The notes under the pieces were generated by a model. The model was not told the origin of the DNA, made no database searches, and saw nothing but the letters and a program-made list of their open reading frames with translations. The translations under genes and the position numbers were made by a program. From Acaryochloris thomasi RCC1774 (GTDB lineage Bacteria; Cyanobacteriota; Cyanobacteriia; Thermosynechococcales; Thermosynechococcaceae), in contig NZ_PQWO01000021.1 of the NCBI RefSeq assembly GCF_003231495.1, forward strand, positions 30,420-62,419: DNA of 32,000 nucleotides, given 5' to 3'. Position 1 is the first letter of the stretch; each line of letters opens with the position of its first letter. Shown in pieces: positions 1-8,348 of this stretch.

Positions 1-206
1 CCAATGTATAAAAAACTGTGGCTACCGTTTCATTGAATACAAGGGGAGCAATGAGCCAAGATATCCATGAGAAGAGATAGCTAAATATTGAGAACCATAA
101 GAAAGGTTTGCGGCGGATGAAACGATACGTCAACTTGTTTCCTATTGGTAAAGATATGCCAGATCATCAGGCTCTCAGTCCTTTGCTGATCGAGGGCTAT
201 AGCTCT

Positions 207-239
207 ACGCTAAGACCAACCAATGAGGAACTTGTGAGG
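207..239 (-). promoter_or_regulatory. Box A: CCTCACAAGTTCCTCA, 11-nt spacer, then TAGCGT (candidate promoter reading leftward)
   Basis: Reverse complement of 224-239 is CCTCACAAGTTCCTCA. Reverse complement of 207-212 is TAGCGT (TAnnnT), exactly 11 nt after the box. The box starts 8 nt after the stop of the cNMP gene. No convincing ORF lies in the remaining ~200 nt before the window edge. Confidence 0.55.
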
Positions 240-246
240 TTTGGAT

Positions 247-618
247 CTAGGAATCGTGCTTAAAGTGATACAGCCGATTAGAGTAGCTTCTCATCACTTC
301 GACTGCGAACATTGGGGTATTCTCAATTGCGAACAGAAAGTGGCGTTGGTCGAGAGAGGCGAGTTTACAGTCTGTCTTTGCGATCGCAGTAGATTGCCTT
401 TTATGGTCAACATGCACCAAAGCACCTGCGCCAAATATATCGCCACTGTCAATGGTTTCTAAGACGTTACCATCGACCAATATCTCAACTTTTCCCTCTA
501 GAATGCCGTACATCACCTTGCCCGTTTCTCCTTCAGAGAAAATCGTATCGCCTGCAGTAAAAGCCTGAGAATCAGGCTGTTTTTGCAGAATTTCGATAGT
601 CTCTACGGGCTTCAACAT
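247..618 (-). CDS. Cyclic nucleotide-binding domain protein (stand-alone cNMP domain, no DNA-binding domain)
   Basis: 123-aa ORF with the beta-roll pattern of CAP/PKA-type cNMP domains (FSEGETG...MYGILEGKVEI...GDIFGAGAL...RQSTAIA). GAGGAA lies 3 nt upstream of the ATG. Confidence 0.8.
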   Translation of the reverse strand: MLKPVETIEILQKQPDSQAFTAGDTIFSEGETGKVMYGILEGKVEILVDGNVLETIDSGDIFGAGALVHVDHKRQSTAIAKTDCKLASLDQRHFLFAIENTPMFAVEVMRSYSNRLYHFKHDS

Positions 619-1034
619 AGTTTCCTCGATTGAATGTCATTTCAATATCGATAGTACTGACCAACATAAGGGCAATGATCCAAGCTTTGAGTTAAGCATC
701 GGTTAAAGAATTTTCGCCTCAAGGTGATTCTCCCAGGGATCAATGCCCAAAAATTAGATATCCAAGCCAGTCAGAACAATCTCTTCATTGCGGGGCATTT
801 ATACGAATCAAGCTAAAACCAGGATCAAAAGAATGTTCGATCTGATTTTTTTGTGGGTGAGTTTCACCAGACAATGCATACGCTTACTAGTGCTGAAATC
901 CGAAGAAGCTGAGCGAGATGACTATTACTGCAGTGATCCCTTCATATGATCCTCAACTTTGACCGCTATTCTCTATTGTGAAAAGCGCTATTGATTGCCA
1001 CTTAATAAACCCAATTTAAGACCTGAGGTTCCCC

Positions 1035-1259
1035 ATGAATCATTGCCCGATTTGCTCAAATGACCTCCTGCGTCACATCGGCCATGGCCACATTTACTGG
1101 TTCTGTCCCCACTGTTGGCAAGAGACTCCCAATCTGGAGAGCTTTGAACCTAGGCAAGGGAAAATGCAAAGGTCTCAAACCGGCGATCGGCCATTGCGAT
1201 TGCTAGAGTCTCACCTCAGTCGCAAAGCAGAGGCCCTTATTGCCCTGTCTAGCCGTTGA
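1035..1259 (+). CDS. Small zinc-ribbon-like hypothetical protein
   Basis: 74-aa ORF with paired CxxC motifs (CPIC ... CPHC) near the N-terminus. No family assigned. Confidence 0.45.
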   Translation: MNHCPICSNDLLRHIGHGHIYWFCPHCWQETPNLESFEPRQGKMQRSQTGDRPLRLLESHLSRKAEALIALSSR

Positions 1260-1290
1260 ACATCTCATTCCAAAATTTACAGAGACATGA

Positions 1291-1545
1291 GTGATGATTC
1301 CCACTTACAAGCAACCCTTAACCAAAGAGTTTGAAGACCTCCGACAAGCTACAAACCATTTAGTTGATCAGCTTGCCCGTCGTGACGAAGCATGCGAGAG
1401 TACCACACCGACATCGCAAAGCAGATGGATACCTGCGATAGAGCATACAGAAAAGGATCCTGAACTGCTTTACAAGCTGATCAAAAAGTCAGGGTATTTT
1501 TGTACATTACGTCGTAGACAGCGCCATATTTTTCCCCAAGCCTAG
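1291..1545 (+). CDS. Hypothetical protein
   Basis: 84-aa ORF (GTG at 1291, ATG at 1294) with no recognisable motif. Supported only by its length and intergenic position. Confidence 0.3.
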   Translation: MMIPTYKQPLTKEFEDLRQATNHLVDQLARRDEACESTTPTSQSRWIPAIEHTEKDPELLYKLIKKSGYFCTLRRRQRHIFPQA

Positions 1546-1573
1546 CCTCAATATTTTGTGGAGGAAATCTCCC

Positions 1574-2668
1574 ATGCTCAACCGAAGATTGTTTGTCCAA
1601 ACAGCGGCAGCAACGACATCAGGGGCTGGGGTGGCCCAGTCCTACGCTGCTCCTGACCATAGTTATGAACAAGCGGTCAGCCAAATTTGGCGTCATATCA
1701 AACCAATCCCGACAGATGAAATGGCAATTCAGCACGAGTTGGTGCGTTATGCCACACTTGCGGCTTCTAGCCACAACACCCAATGCTGGCAATTTAAACT
1801 GGACGCTCAGTGCATTTCAATCCTGCCGGATCTTGAACGTCGCTGTCCTGCGGTTGATCCAGACGACCATCACCTCTATGCCAGCCTGGGCTGTGCCACA
1901 GAAAACCTCTTGCAAGCCGCCAACGCTTATGGGTTGCAGGGGACGGTTGAGGTCGCTATGGCTAACCAAATCTGCATCCAGATGGAACCGACTCAGCCTT
2001 CTGTATCATCTCTCTTTGAGGCTATTCCCCTGCGGCAATCGACGCGGACGGACTATGACGGTCAACCGCTCAAGAATGAGGAGCTAAAGCAGTTAGAACA
2101 AGTGGCTACTGGAGAGGGCGTCAATTTAATCCTGTTGACTGATCAGCCATCGAAGGAACAGGTTCTAGAGCATGTGATTGAGGGCAATACAGCCCAAATG
2201 AACGATCCGGCGTTTGTTGAAGAGCTGAAAGCCTGGATTCGGTTCAACGAGAAAGAAGCAGTGCGTAAGGGGGACGGACTTTTTGCCAAGTCCTCCGGGA
2301 ACCCGACCGCCCCGCATTGGCTAGGCAGCCTTATGTTTGATCGGTTTTTTACGCCCAAAGTTGAAAACGAAAAGTACACGAATCAAATTCGCAGTTCTGC
2401 TGGGATTGCCATCTTCGTCTCCGATGAGAATACGCCATCTCATTGGATTGAGTCGGGGCGATGCTATCAGCGCTTTGCCCTGCAGGCAACTGCACTAGGG
2501 ATTCGGACGGCGTTCTTGAATCAGCCGGTAGAAGTTGCGACTCTGCGGCCTCCGTTTGCCAGCTATCTTGGGATTGGAGATCGCCGTCCTGATTTAGTCA
2601 TCCGGTTTGGTCGTGGCCCAGAGATGCCGCGATCGCTCCGACGCCCTGTTGAGGCCGTCATAATTTGA
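1574..2668 (+). CDS. Nitroreductase-family (Acg-like) FMN oxidoreductase with twin-arginine (Tat) signal
   Basis: GGAGGA at 1560-1565 lies 8 nt before the ATG at 1574, so this start is preferred over the TTG at 1556. N-terminus is MLNRRLFVQTAAATTSGAGVAQSYA (RR motif, hydrophobic core, AxA-like site). SSHNTQCW resembles the nitroreductase-fold FMN motif. Confidence 0.8.
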   Translation: MLNRRLFVQTAAATTSGAGVAQSYAAPDHSYEQAVSQIWRHIKPIPTDEMAIQHELVRYATLAASSHNTQCWQFKLDAQCISILPDLERRCPAVDPDDHHLYASLGCATENLLQAANAYGLQGTVEVAMANQICIQMEPTQPSVSSLFEAIPLRQSTRTDYDGQPLKNEELKQLEQVATGEGVNLILLTDQPSKEQVLEHVIEGNTAQMNDPAFVEELKAWIRFNEKEAVRKGDGLFAKSSGNPTAPHWLGSLMFDRFFTPKVENEKYTNQIRSSAGIAIFVSDENTPSHWIESGRCYQRFALQATALGIRTAFLNQPVEVATLRPPFASYLGIGDRRPDLVIRFGRGPEMPRSLRRPVEAVII

Positions 2669-2710
2669 GCAAGGGTGGTGGTAAGACCTTTGGATGAGAT
2701 GAAACTACGA

Positions 2711-2989
2711 ATGAAAGCACTTCCCTTTGATGCGATCTCATACAAGAAAACCCCCGTCTTTACTCAGGCAACCATGCCGAAAGCACTCCTCGAACGTCAT
2801 TCCAGCAAAGCAGGCAGTTGGGGCAAGATTTGGGTTTTGTCAGGCCAACTTTGCTATCGGATCCTTACTGATCTGCCAGGGGACTATACGCTCACTCCAG
2901 ATTTACCGGGTATCATTGAACCCCAAGTTTTCCATCACGTTGAGCCGATGGGAGCCGTTGAATTTTATGTGGAATTCTACCGTACATAA
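2711..2989 (+). CDS. DUF1971 / YeaR-like (TehB N-terminal-like) protein
   Basis: MKALPFDAISYKKTPVFTQATMPKALLERHSSKAGSWGKIWVLSGQLCY aligns in pattern with E. coli YeaR (MLQIPQNY..TPFWNKQTAPAGIFERH). The start is uncertain: ATG 2711 fits the family N-terminus, and ATG 2699 and GTG 2675 are also in frame. Confidence 0.65.
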   Translation: MKALPFDAISYKKTPVFTQATMPKALLERHSSKAGSWGKIWVLSGQLCYRILTDLPGDYTLTPDLPGIIEPQVFHHVEPMGAVEFYVEFYRT

Positions 2990-3058
2990 GTTATGAACCC
3001 ACCATCCATCCTTGTCTATTTCGCAACTGAGAGGAGGGGCAGAGCTAGTGTTGAGCCG

Positions 3059-4117
3059 TTAGAGTCGCACCCAGTTCTTTAGGTAGGCATGTTCAAAAAT
3101 CATTTCCTTTTGAATTCTGAGGTCTTGACCAAAGCCTGCCTCTGAAGCCCGCTTGAACATCGCATAGGCAATAGCAATATCAGCATAAGCAAGACCGACT
3201 GCGTTGAAGTAGATCCGCTCGTCAGGGCTGCTGCGGCCCTTTTTCTCGCTGTTTACGATGTCCCCCAGATTGGCATAAATATCCCCATCGCTCAGTTCAC
3301 CGTCTTTGTACATTCGGCTCAGCGTCTGGGTGCGGTGTTTAACTGTTTCCCAATCATCGCAGACAATTTTGTCGCACAGTTTCGCCACCCCATATTCGTC
3401 CTCCCACCCTCCGACATGGCTGTAGAATGCGCCTGCTTTGACCCATGCCGCCTTCAGCAGCGGGGCTTGGGCACTGGTGGCCGTGACAATCACATCGGCT
3501 CCTTCAATAGCCGCTTGGAGATTCATGTGGGAAGCCACCATCTCGACATCCGGCAAAATGGGCGACATTTCCTGGATGAATTGCGTTTCTTCGTCTTCTG
3601 TCTTAGCGGCCACCTGACAGTGTTGGAGCGACGGCAGCGCTGTTTTCATGGCGACCAGATGCATTTTTGCCTGTTCGCCAGCTCCTATTAAGCCAATTAT
3701 CTTGGAGTCTTGGCGTGCTAGGTACTTGGCTGCGATCGCACCCATCGTTCCCACCCTCAGGTTCGAGCAGAGGGTACCCTCCATGAACGCAATGGGGAAG
3801 CCGTGCTCGATTTCAGACAGGATAATGACAGCAGAAAGATTTTGAATGCCGTGTTTTGCAGGATTTGGCGGGAACACTGAGACCCATTTCACCCCGCAGA
3901 TCTTGTGGTTCTTGAACGTGGCTGGGAGGCAATTGATCCGCTCTTGAGTATCATCATCAAAAATCTGAACGATTTTGTCGGGGAAAATCACGTCGCCGCG
4001 ATGGAATGCTTTGAGAGCGCTTTCTGTGGCCTGCATTGCCATTCGTACATCTAGGCAACCTGACGCTAGCAAATCTTCTTGGGAGAAGTACTGGCAATGA
4101 ATTTGATGACTGAGCAT
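3059..4117 (-). CDS. Ornithine cyclodeaminase / mu-crystallin family NAD(P)-dependent enzyme
   Basis: 352-aa ORF with the Rossmann motif GLIGAGEQAKMHL and family-typical length and layout. It is divergent from the oxidoreductase operon across a 232-bp intergenic region. Confidence 0.85.
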   Translation of the reverse strand: MLSHQIHCQYFSQEDLLASGCLDVRMAMQATESALKAFHRGDVIFPDKIVQIFDDDTQERINCLPATFKNHKICGVKWVSVFPPNPAKHGIQNLSAVIILSEIEHGFPIAFMEGTLCSNLRVGTMGAIAAKYLARQDSKIIGLIGAGEQAKMHLVAMKTALPSLQHCQVAAKTEDEETQFIQEMSPILPDVEMVASHMNLQAAIEGADVIVTATSAQAPLLKAAWVKAGAFYSHVGGWEDEYGVAKLCDKIVCDDWETVKHRTQTLSRMYKDGELSDGDIYANLGDIVNSEKKGRSSPDERIYFNAVGLAYADIAIAYAMFKRASEAGFGQDLRIQKEMIFEHAYLKNWVRL

Positions 4118-4349
4118 CTGGGGTTAACCTCTGCTGTTCGTTCACGTTGCGTAACGGTTAGAAATGCTGTGGCTCTTACGTTCATCCTAGAACCCGAAGG
4201 GTAGCGGTGGATACCGAACGTTTACGGATCGTTACTCGCGCAGTCCTGCAAAATTTCAATGGGGGAGGCGATGAGCGTTAGAGGGTATTTCGATTACAAT
4301 GCCATTGGTTTGCTGTTTATTGAAGTTGCAATTGCCCATTTAACCACCA

Positions 4350-4646
4350 ATGTTCAAGCGCCTTGCCCCCTCCAATCCTCAGACCGTCACCGTCAAGATT
4401 GAAGGTGAAGCAGTTCAGGTGCCGCTGGGTGAAACGGTCGCCGCCGCAGTCTTGGTTCACGATCTCGGCTATACCCGCACCCACCCAATCTCAGGCGCGC
4501 CCCGCGCCCCACTCTGCATGATGGGTGTGTGCTTTGAATGCCTAATGGAAATTGATGGATTGCCCAACCGTCAAACCTGTCAGATCCAGGTGGCAGAGGG
4601 CATGGATATTCGTCGTCAGCAGGGCGTCGGTGGCGACAATGCCTAA
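4350..4646 (+). CDS. Small (2Fe-2S)-binding subunit (HcnA / LhpF / OdhC-like)
   Basis: 98 aa with the cysteine cluster CMMGVCFECLMEIDG...TCQ, typical of the small Fe-S subunit of heteromeric flavin amine dehydrogenases. Its stop overlaps the next start by 8 nt (ATGCCTAA). Confidence 0.8.
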   Translation: MFKRLAPSNPQTVTVKIEGEAVQVPLGETVAAAVLVHDLGYTRTHPISGAPRAPLCMMGVCFECLMEIDGLPNRQTCQIQVAEGMDIRRQQGVGGDNA

Positions 4647-6039
4647 AATTCCGCTAGTGGTGATTGGTGCTGGACCAGGGGGGCTGTGTGCGGCAACTAC
4701 TGCAGCTCGGCTCGGCGTTCCTGTGGTTGTCCTAGACGAGCAACCTTCCCCCGGCGGACAAGTCTATCGGGCGATCGCCCAGGCTCCAGCAGAACGAGTC
4801 GCGATGTTGGGGGCCGATTACCAACGGGGAGCTGAGTTGGTGGCAGCGTTCAACGCCAGTGGCGCTGAATATTGGCCCCAGACCACTATTTGGTCTCTCA
4901 ACTCCAAGCGAGAGATTGGCATCCTGCGTCAGGGGCAGGCCCGCCTCATTGAAGCCGAGCAGGTGATTATTGCCAACGGGGCGATGGAGCGTCCCGTGCC
5001 GTTTCCGGGCTGGACCCTGCCGGGAGTTATGAATGCGGGAGCCGCTCAACTCTTGCTGAAAATGTCTGGCGTGGTGCCTGCGAATGGAACGGTGATTGCA
5101 GGCATCGGGCCGCTCCCCCTTCTGGTGGCGTGGCAGTACCTGCGGACTGGGGTTGCGATCAAAGCCGTTTTGGACCTTGCCCCTAGCCTCAATCTATGGC
5201 GGGCCGTGCCGCATTTACCCAGGGCACTGAGAGCGGGGGATTACCTCCATCGGGGCTTGAAATATACGCTGGACCTCCAAAGGGGAGGCGTGCCCATTTA
5301 CTATGGGGTATCTCACTTACGGGCTGAGGGGAACGACCGGGTTGAGGCTGTGACCTATGGTTGGAATCAGTTTGGGGTCCGGCGGAGCGAAACGCTGCCT
5401 ACAGAGAGCCTTTTGGTCCATTTTGGCGTGATTCCGAGGACCAATCTCACCCGCGCTGCTGGTTGTGAGCATCATTGGGATCGGGGACAACAGTGTTGGC
5501 GACCCCAGGTTGATCTGTGGGGTTATACCACTGTGCCGGGGCTTGCCATTGTCGGAGATAGTGCAGGCATTGGGGGCGCACGAAGCGCTGAGTATCGTGG
5601 ACGCTTGGCGGCTTTTGAAGCGGCTCGCTATTTACAGAGGATTAGTGTGCAACAGCGCGATCGCAAAGCTCAAAACGACCTCAAGGGGCTGCAAAGAGAC
5701 CTGCAAGTCCGGCCCTTCCTTGAAGCGCTGCATCGTCTACCGGAGTCCCTGCTCGTTCCCGCCGATGACGATACTCTGGTCTGCCGCTGTGAAGAAATTT
5801 CAGCAGGACAAATTCGCGCCGCCGTGCGAACCGGACATCTCGATCCCAATCAGGTGAAGTTTAACCTGCGCTGCGGCATGGGACCGTGTCAGGGACGGCA
5901 GTGTGCCCCAGCGGTGGCCCACCTTGTCGCTGCCGAACAACATCGCCCTGTGTCTGACTATCAGCCTTTCCGCGTCCGCCCCCCCATCAGACCCCTCAGT
6001 CTTGCCCAACTCGCAAGTTTGGAGCGTGCAGAACAATGA
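4639..6039 (+). CDS. FAD/NAD(P)-binding oxidoreductase subunit with BFD-like [2Fe-2S] domain (HcnB / LhpE / OdhA-like)
   Basis: The start is set at ATG 4639 (MPKIPLVVIGAGPGGL dinucleotide-binding motif) rather than 4552. The BFD-like Fe-S motif CRCEEISAGQIRAAV...CGMGPCQGRQC is near the C-terminus. Confidence 0.85.
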   Translation: MPKIPLVVIGAGPGGLCAATTAARLGVPVVVLDEQPSPGGQVYRAIAQAPAERVAMLGADYQRGAELVAAFNASGAEYWPQTTIWSLNSKREIGILRQGQARLIEAEQVIIANGAMERPVPFPGWTLPGVMNAGAAQLLLKMSGVVPANGTVIAGIGPLPLLVAWQYLRTGVAIKAVLDLAPSLNLWRAVPHLPRALRAGDYLHRGLKYTLDLQRGGVPIYYGVSHLRAEGNDRVEAVTYGWNQFGVRRSETLPTESLLVHFGVIPRTNLTRAAGCEHHWDRGQQCWRPQVDLWGYTTVPGLAIVGDSAGIGGARSAEYRGRLAAFEAARYLQRISVQQRDRKAQNDLKGLQRDLQVRPFLEALHRLPESLLVPADDDTLVCRCEEISAGQIRAAVRTGHLDPNQVKFNLRCGMGPCQGRQCAPAVAHLVAAEQHRPVSDYQPFRVRPPIRPLSLAQLASLERAEQ

Positions 6040-7157
6040 CGATGGACGCCATCATCATCGGGGGCGGACTAATCGGGTCTTCAACAGCACTCCACCTTGC
6101 ACTCAAGGGTCAGCGGGTCATGGTGATTGAGAAAGATAGCCCCGGTCGCCATGCCTCCGGGGTAAATGCCGGGGGATTACGTCGCCTCAATCGCCATCCG
6201 GCAGAAATTCCCTTGGCGGTGGCGGCTGCGGAAATGTGGCGAGAGATCCGGGCGTTGGTGGGGAGTGACTGTGATGTACAGCTCAGTGGTCAGGTCAAGG
6301 TGGCCGAAAATGAGGCCGATCTGCAGAAACTTGCGGATCGGGCAGCGCTGGTTCAGTCCTTGGGGTTTGCGCATGAGCAACTGATTGATCGCGATCGCCT
6401 TTACCAGTTGGTGCCTACTTTGGCCCCCCACTGTGTCGGAGGCCTCTACACGGAAGGGGATGGCTTTGCCCGTCCTTACCATGCCCTCACGGCGTTTCGT
6501 CACAAGGCGCAATCTCTAGGCGTCCAGTATCAAACAGGTTGCCGAGTGACCGGGTTTGATCTGGTGGGGGACTGTTGGCGAGTGGTCACAGAGCGATCGC
6601 AAACAGAGCCAGCCAACTTTGATGCTCCTGTGCTTGTGAACTGCGCCGGAGCCTGGGCCGAAAAACTTTGCACGGACTTAGGAGAACCCGTTCCTTTGAG
6701 GGTCGGTGCTCCCATGATGATGGTGACAGAGCGTTTGCCCCATTTCCTTGACCCAGTAGTGGGTGCAGCATCCCGCAAGCTGTCGTTTAAGCAAATGCAG
6801 AACGGCACGGTGTTAATTGGTGGTGCTCATCTCGCCGACCATGACTGGGAGCAAGAGACGACCGCCATTGATTTCACCAAGCTCAGTGAAAGCAGTCATA
6901 CAGCCCTGGACTTATTTCCCCGAATGGCTGATGTGAGAATTGTCAGAATCTGGGCAGGACTGGAGGCGTTTATGCCCGACCAGATTCCGGTCATTGGTCC
7001 CAGTGCCAAAGCCCCTAACGTTTATCATGCGTTTGGTTTCTCTGCCCACGGTTTCCAGTTATCGCCTGTTGTGGGGCGCATTCTGTCGGAACTGATTTTA
7101 GAGGATAAGAGTTCCCTTGCAATTGAACCCTTTTCGATTAAGCGGTTTCAGCCGTGA
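6036..7157 (+). CDS. FAD-dependent oxidoreductase, DAO family (HcnC / LhpB / OdhB / OoxB-like beta subunit)
   Basis: N-terminal IIIGGGLIGSSTALHLA motif. Length is 373 aa. There is a 4-nt ATGA start/stop overlap with the preceding gene. Confidence 0.85.
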   Translation: MTMDAIIIGGGLIGSSTALHLALKGQRVMVIEKDSPGRHASGVNAGGLRRLNRHPAEIPLAVAAAEMWREIRALVGSDCDVQLSGQVKVAENEADLQKLADRAALVQSLGFAHEQLIDRDRLYQLVPTLAPHCVGGLYTEGDGFARPYHALTAFRHKAQSLGVQYQTGCRVTGFDLVGDCWRVVTERSQTEPANFDAPVLVNCAGAWAEKLCTDLGEPVPLRVGAPMMMVTERLPHFLDPVVGAASRKLSFKQMQNGTVLIGGAHLADHDWEQETTAIDFTKLSESSHTALDLFPRMADVRIVRIWAGLEAFMPDQIPVIGPSAKAPNVYHAFGFSAHGFQLSPVVGRILSELILEDKSSLAIEPFSIKRFQP

Positions 7158-7201
7158 CCTTAGCATGCAGAGACTCAATCGTGAACGATAAAGTGCTTAC
7201 T

Positions 7202-7740
7202 TTACTCTTCTTGCCAGAGTTCGGGCTTCTTGAGTGCATCGGCGCACATGAGCGTTCCTGAAAACGAGCCAATCACATTGGGACGAAGCGCTTGAACCAT
7301 CCATGCCTCTGCATTCTCAGCCGCAATAGGATAGGGTGGTTCAAATCCGACAGGCTGCGCGGGTTTGAAGCCGTGGCGTGGATAGTAGCCTGGATGTCCT
7401 AGCACGAAGACTAGATCTATTCCTGATTTTGCTAAAAGCCGAAGTCCTCTGGCAATGAGCTGAAAGCCAATGCGTTGTTTCTGAGCATCCGGTATAACTG
7501 CCAGGGGGCTAGAAGCGCTATCTTCGGCGCGTTTTGAGTTGTAGTCAAATGGGTTGTGGTGAACAAAATGTGCCCTACAGCACGATCATCTTCAACGGCT
7601 AACAACGATAAGATAGGCTATGCACTCGGGTCGTTTAGAAGGTTCCTCACCAGCTCAGCCTCTTCGTCACCACCAAATGCGGCACGCTCTACTGATAGCA
7701 CGTCTGCAAGATCTGAAAGTGACGCCTCTCGTCTATTCAT
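7202..7740 (-). pseudogene. GNAT-family N-acetyltransferase, disrupted by an in-frame TAG and a frameshift
   Basis: Reading from ATG 7740 gives MNRREASLSDLADVLSVERAAFGGDEEAELVRNLLNDPSA, then TAG at 7620-7618. The same frame continues PILSLLAVEDDRAVGHILFTT...ALLAP and loses homology at the G5 run 7504-7508. Shifting one base restores PLAVIPDAQKQRIGFQLIARGLRLLAKSGIDLVFVLGHPGYYPRHGF to the stop at 7202. The span is 539 nt, which is not a multiple of 3. Confidence 0.75.
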
Positions 7741-7843
7741 TATTCCTGTGCTGTTAAAGTCATATACGGGAAAGCAGAATACTGGATCAGAACTATGTCG
7801 GGGCGCAAACGATTTTAAGCTATTTTAGCTTCTTCGGATTGAG

Positions 7844-8125
7844 TCAATCTATATACTCAAATTCGTCATCCAAGAAGGGACCATTGGGCATGCGATCGCA
7901 CCTATCTTGCTGAGGGTCTGAATGTTTTCGGATAAAAAAGACACCATCATTGGTACAGGCTGCGACCTGACCGATACAGCCTCGAAAAGAACCCTTCGAG
8001 ATTTTTACCGGAGTCCCAGAAGAATATACGCCTGTATCTCTCTGTTCTTTGATAGGTTGCGAGCTTTCAGTCGTAGGCTGATAGTCCTGACTCGCACCCA
8101 TGGATGGGTTGACAGAAGATTTCAT
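7844..8125 (-). CDS. Hypothetical small protein (93 aa form)
   Basis: AAAGGGGGG lies 4 nt upstream of ATG 8125 (MKSSVNPSMG...). The longer 141-aa form from 8269 adds a Cys/Phe/Ser-rich, non-protein-like N-terminus. No family recognised. Confidence 0.4.
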   Translation of the reverse strand: MKSSVNPSMGASQDYQPTTESSQPIKEQRDTGVYSSGTPVKISKGSFRGCIGQVAACTNDGVFFIRKHSDPQQDRCDRMPNGPFLDDEFEYID

Positions 8126-8315
8126 AGTGCCCCCCTTTACGTTACATGGGAACGAATAGCCGCAGAACATAGCGATCCTGCCAACTACTGAGACAGATTT
8201 AGTGAATAACGTTTCGACTAAATTTAAGCGAGTAACTCTGCTACAGCTAAATGGGATATTGTGTTGCATCGCCCGATAGCTTTCAGCACCTACTGTACTT
8301 TGTCTGTTCCCTTCA

Positions 8316-8348
8316 ACTGTAAGTCAATATCTTGAGGAACAACTGAGG
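8316..8348 (-). promoter_or_regulatory. Box H: CCTCAGTTGTTCCTCA, 11-nt spacer, then TACAGT
   Basis: Reverse complement of 8333-8348 is CCTCAGTTGTTCCTCA, with both CCTCA pentamers intact and a divergent centre. Reverse complement of 8316-8321 is TACAGT at the canonical 11-nt spacing. It lies upstream of the 7844 gene and inside the doubtful 63-aa ORF 8290-8481. Confidence 0.5.

Noticed and set aside
1593-2087. 164-aa alternative-frame ORF inside the nitroreductase gene. Similar shadow or antisense ORFs occur inside other long genes, for example 3335-3691, 4732-5049, 5465-5857, 10471-10845, 11128-11490, 13632-13925, 16855-17196, 18193-18566, 27836-28105 and 28163-28429.
   Set aside because: Each is fully embedded in a longer ORF with clear family motifs. 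Their composition is Arg/Ser/Pro-rich, typical of off-frame translation of GC-balanced coding DNA.
4350-7157. Calling the three-gene operon hydrogen cyanide synthase (hcnABC)
   Set aside because: The subunit architecture is shared by D-hydroxyproline and opine dehydrogenases. The beta subunit length and the OCD-family neighbour fit those better, and substrate cannot be inferred without phylogeny or assays.
7331-7350. GGTTCAAATCC, resembling a tRNA T-loop
   Set aside because: The flanking bases (GGTGG and CCGAC) cannot form a T-stem, and no acceptor or anticodon arms are evident. The sequence encodes ...FEPPYP... of the GNAT pseudogene on the other strand.
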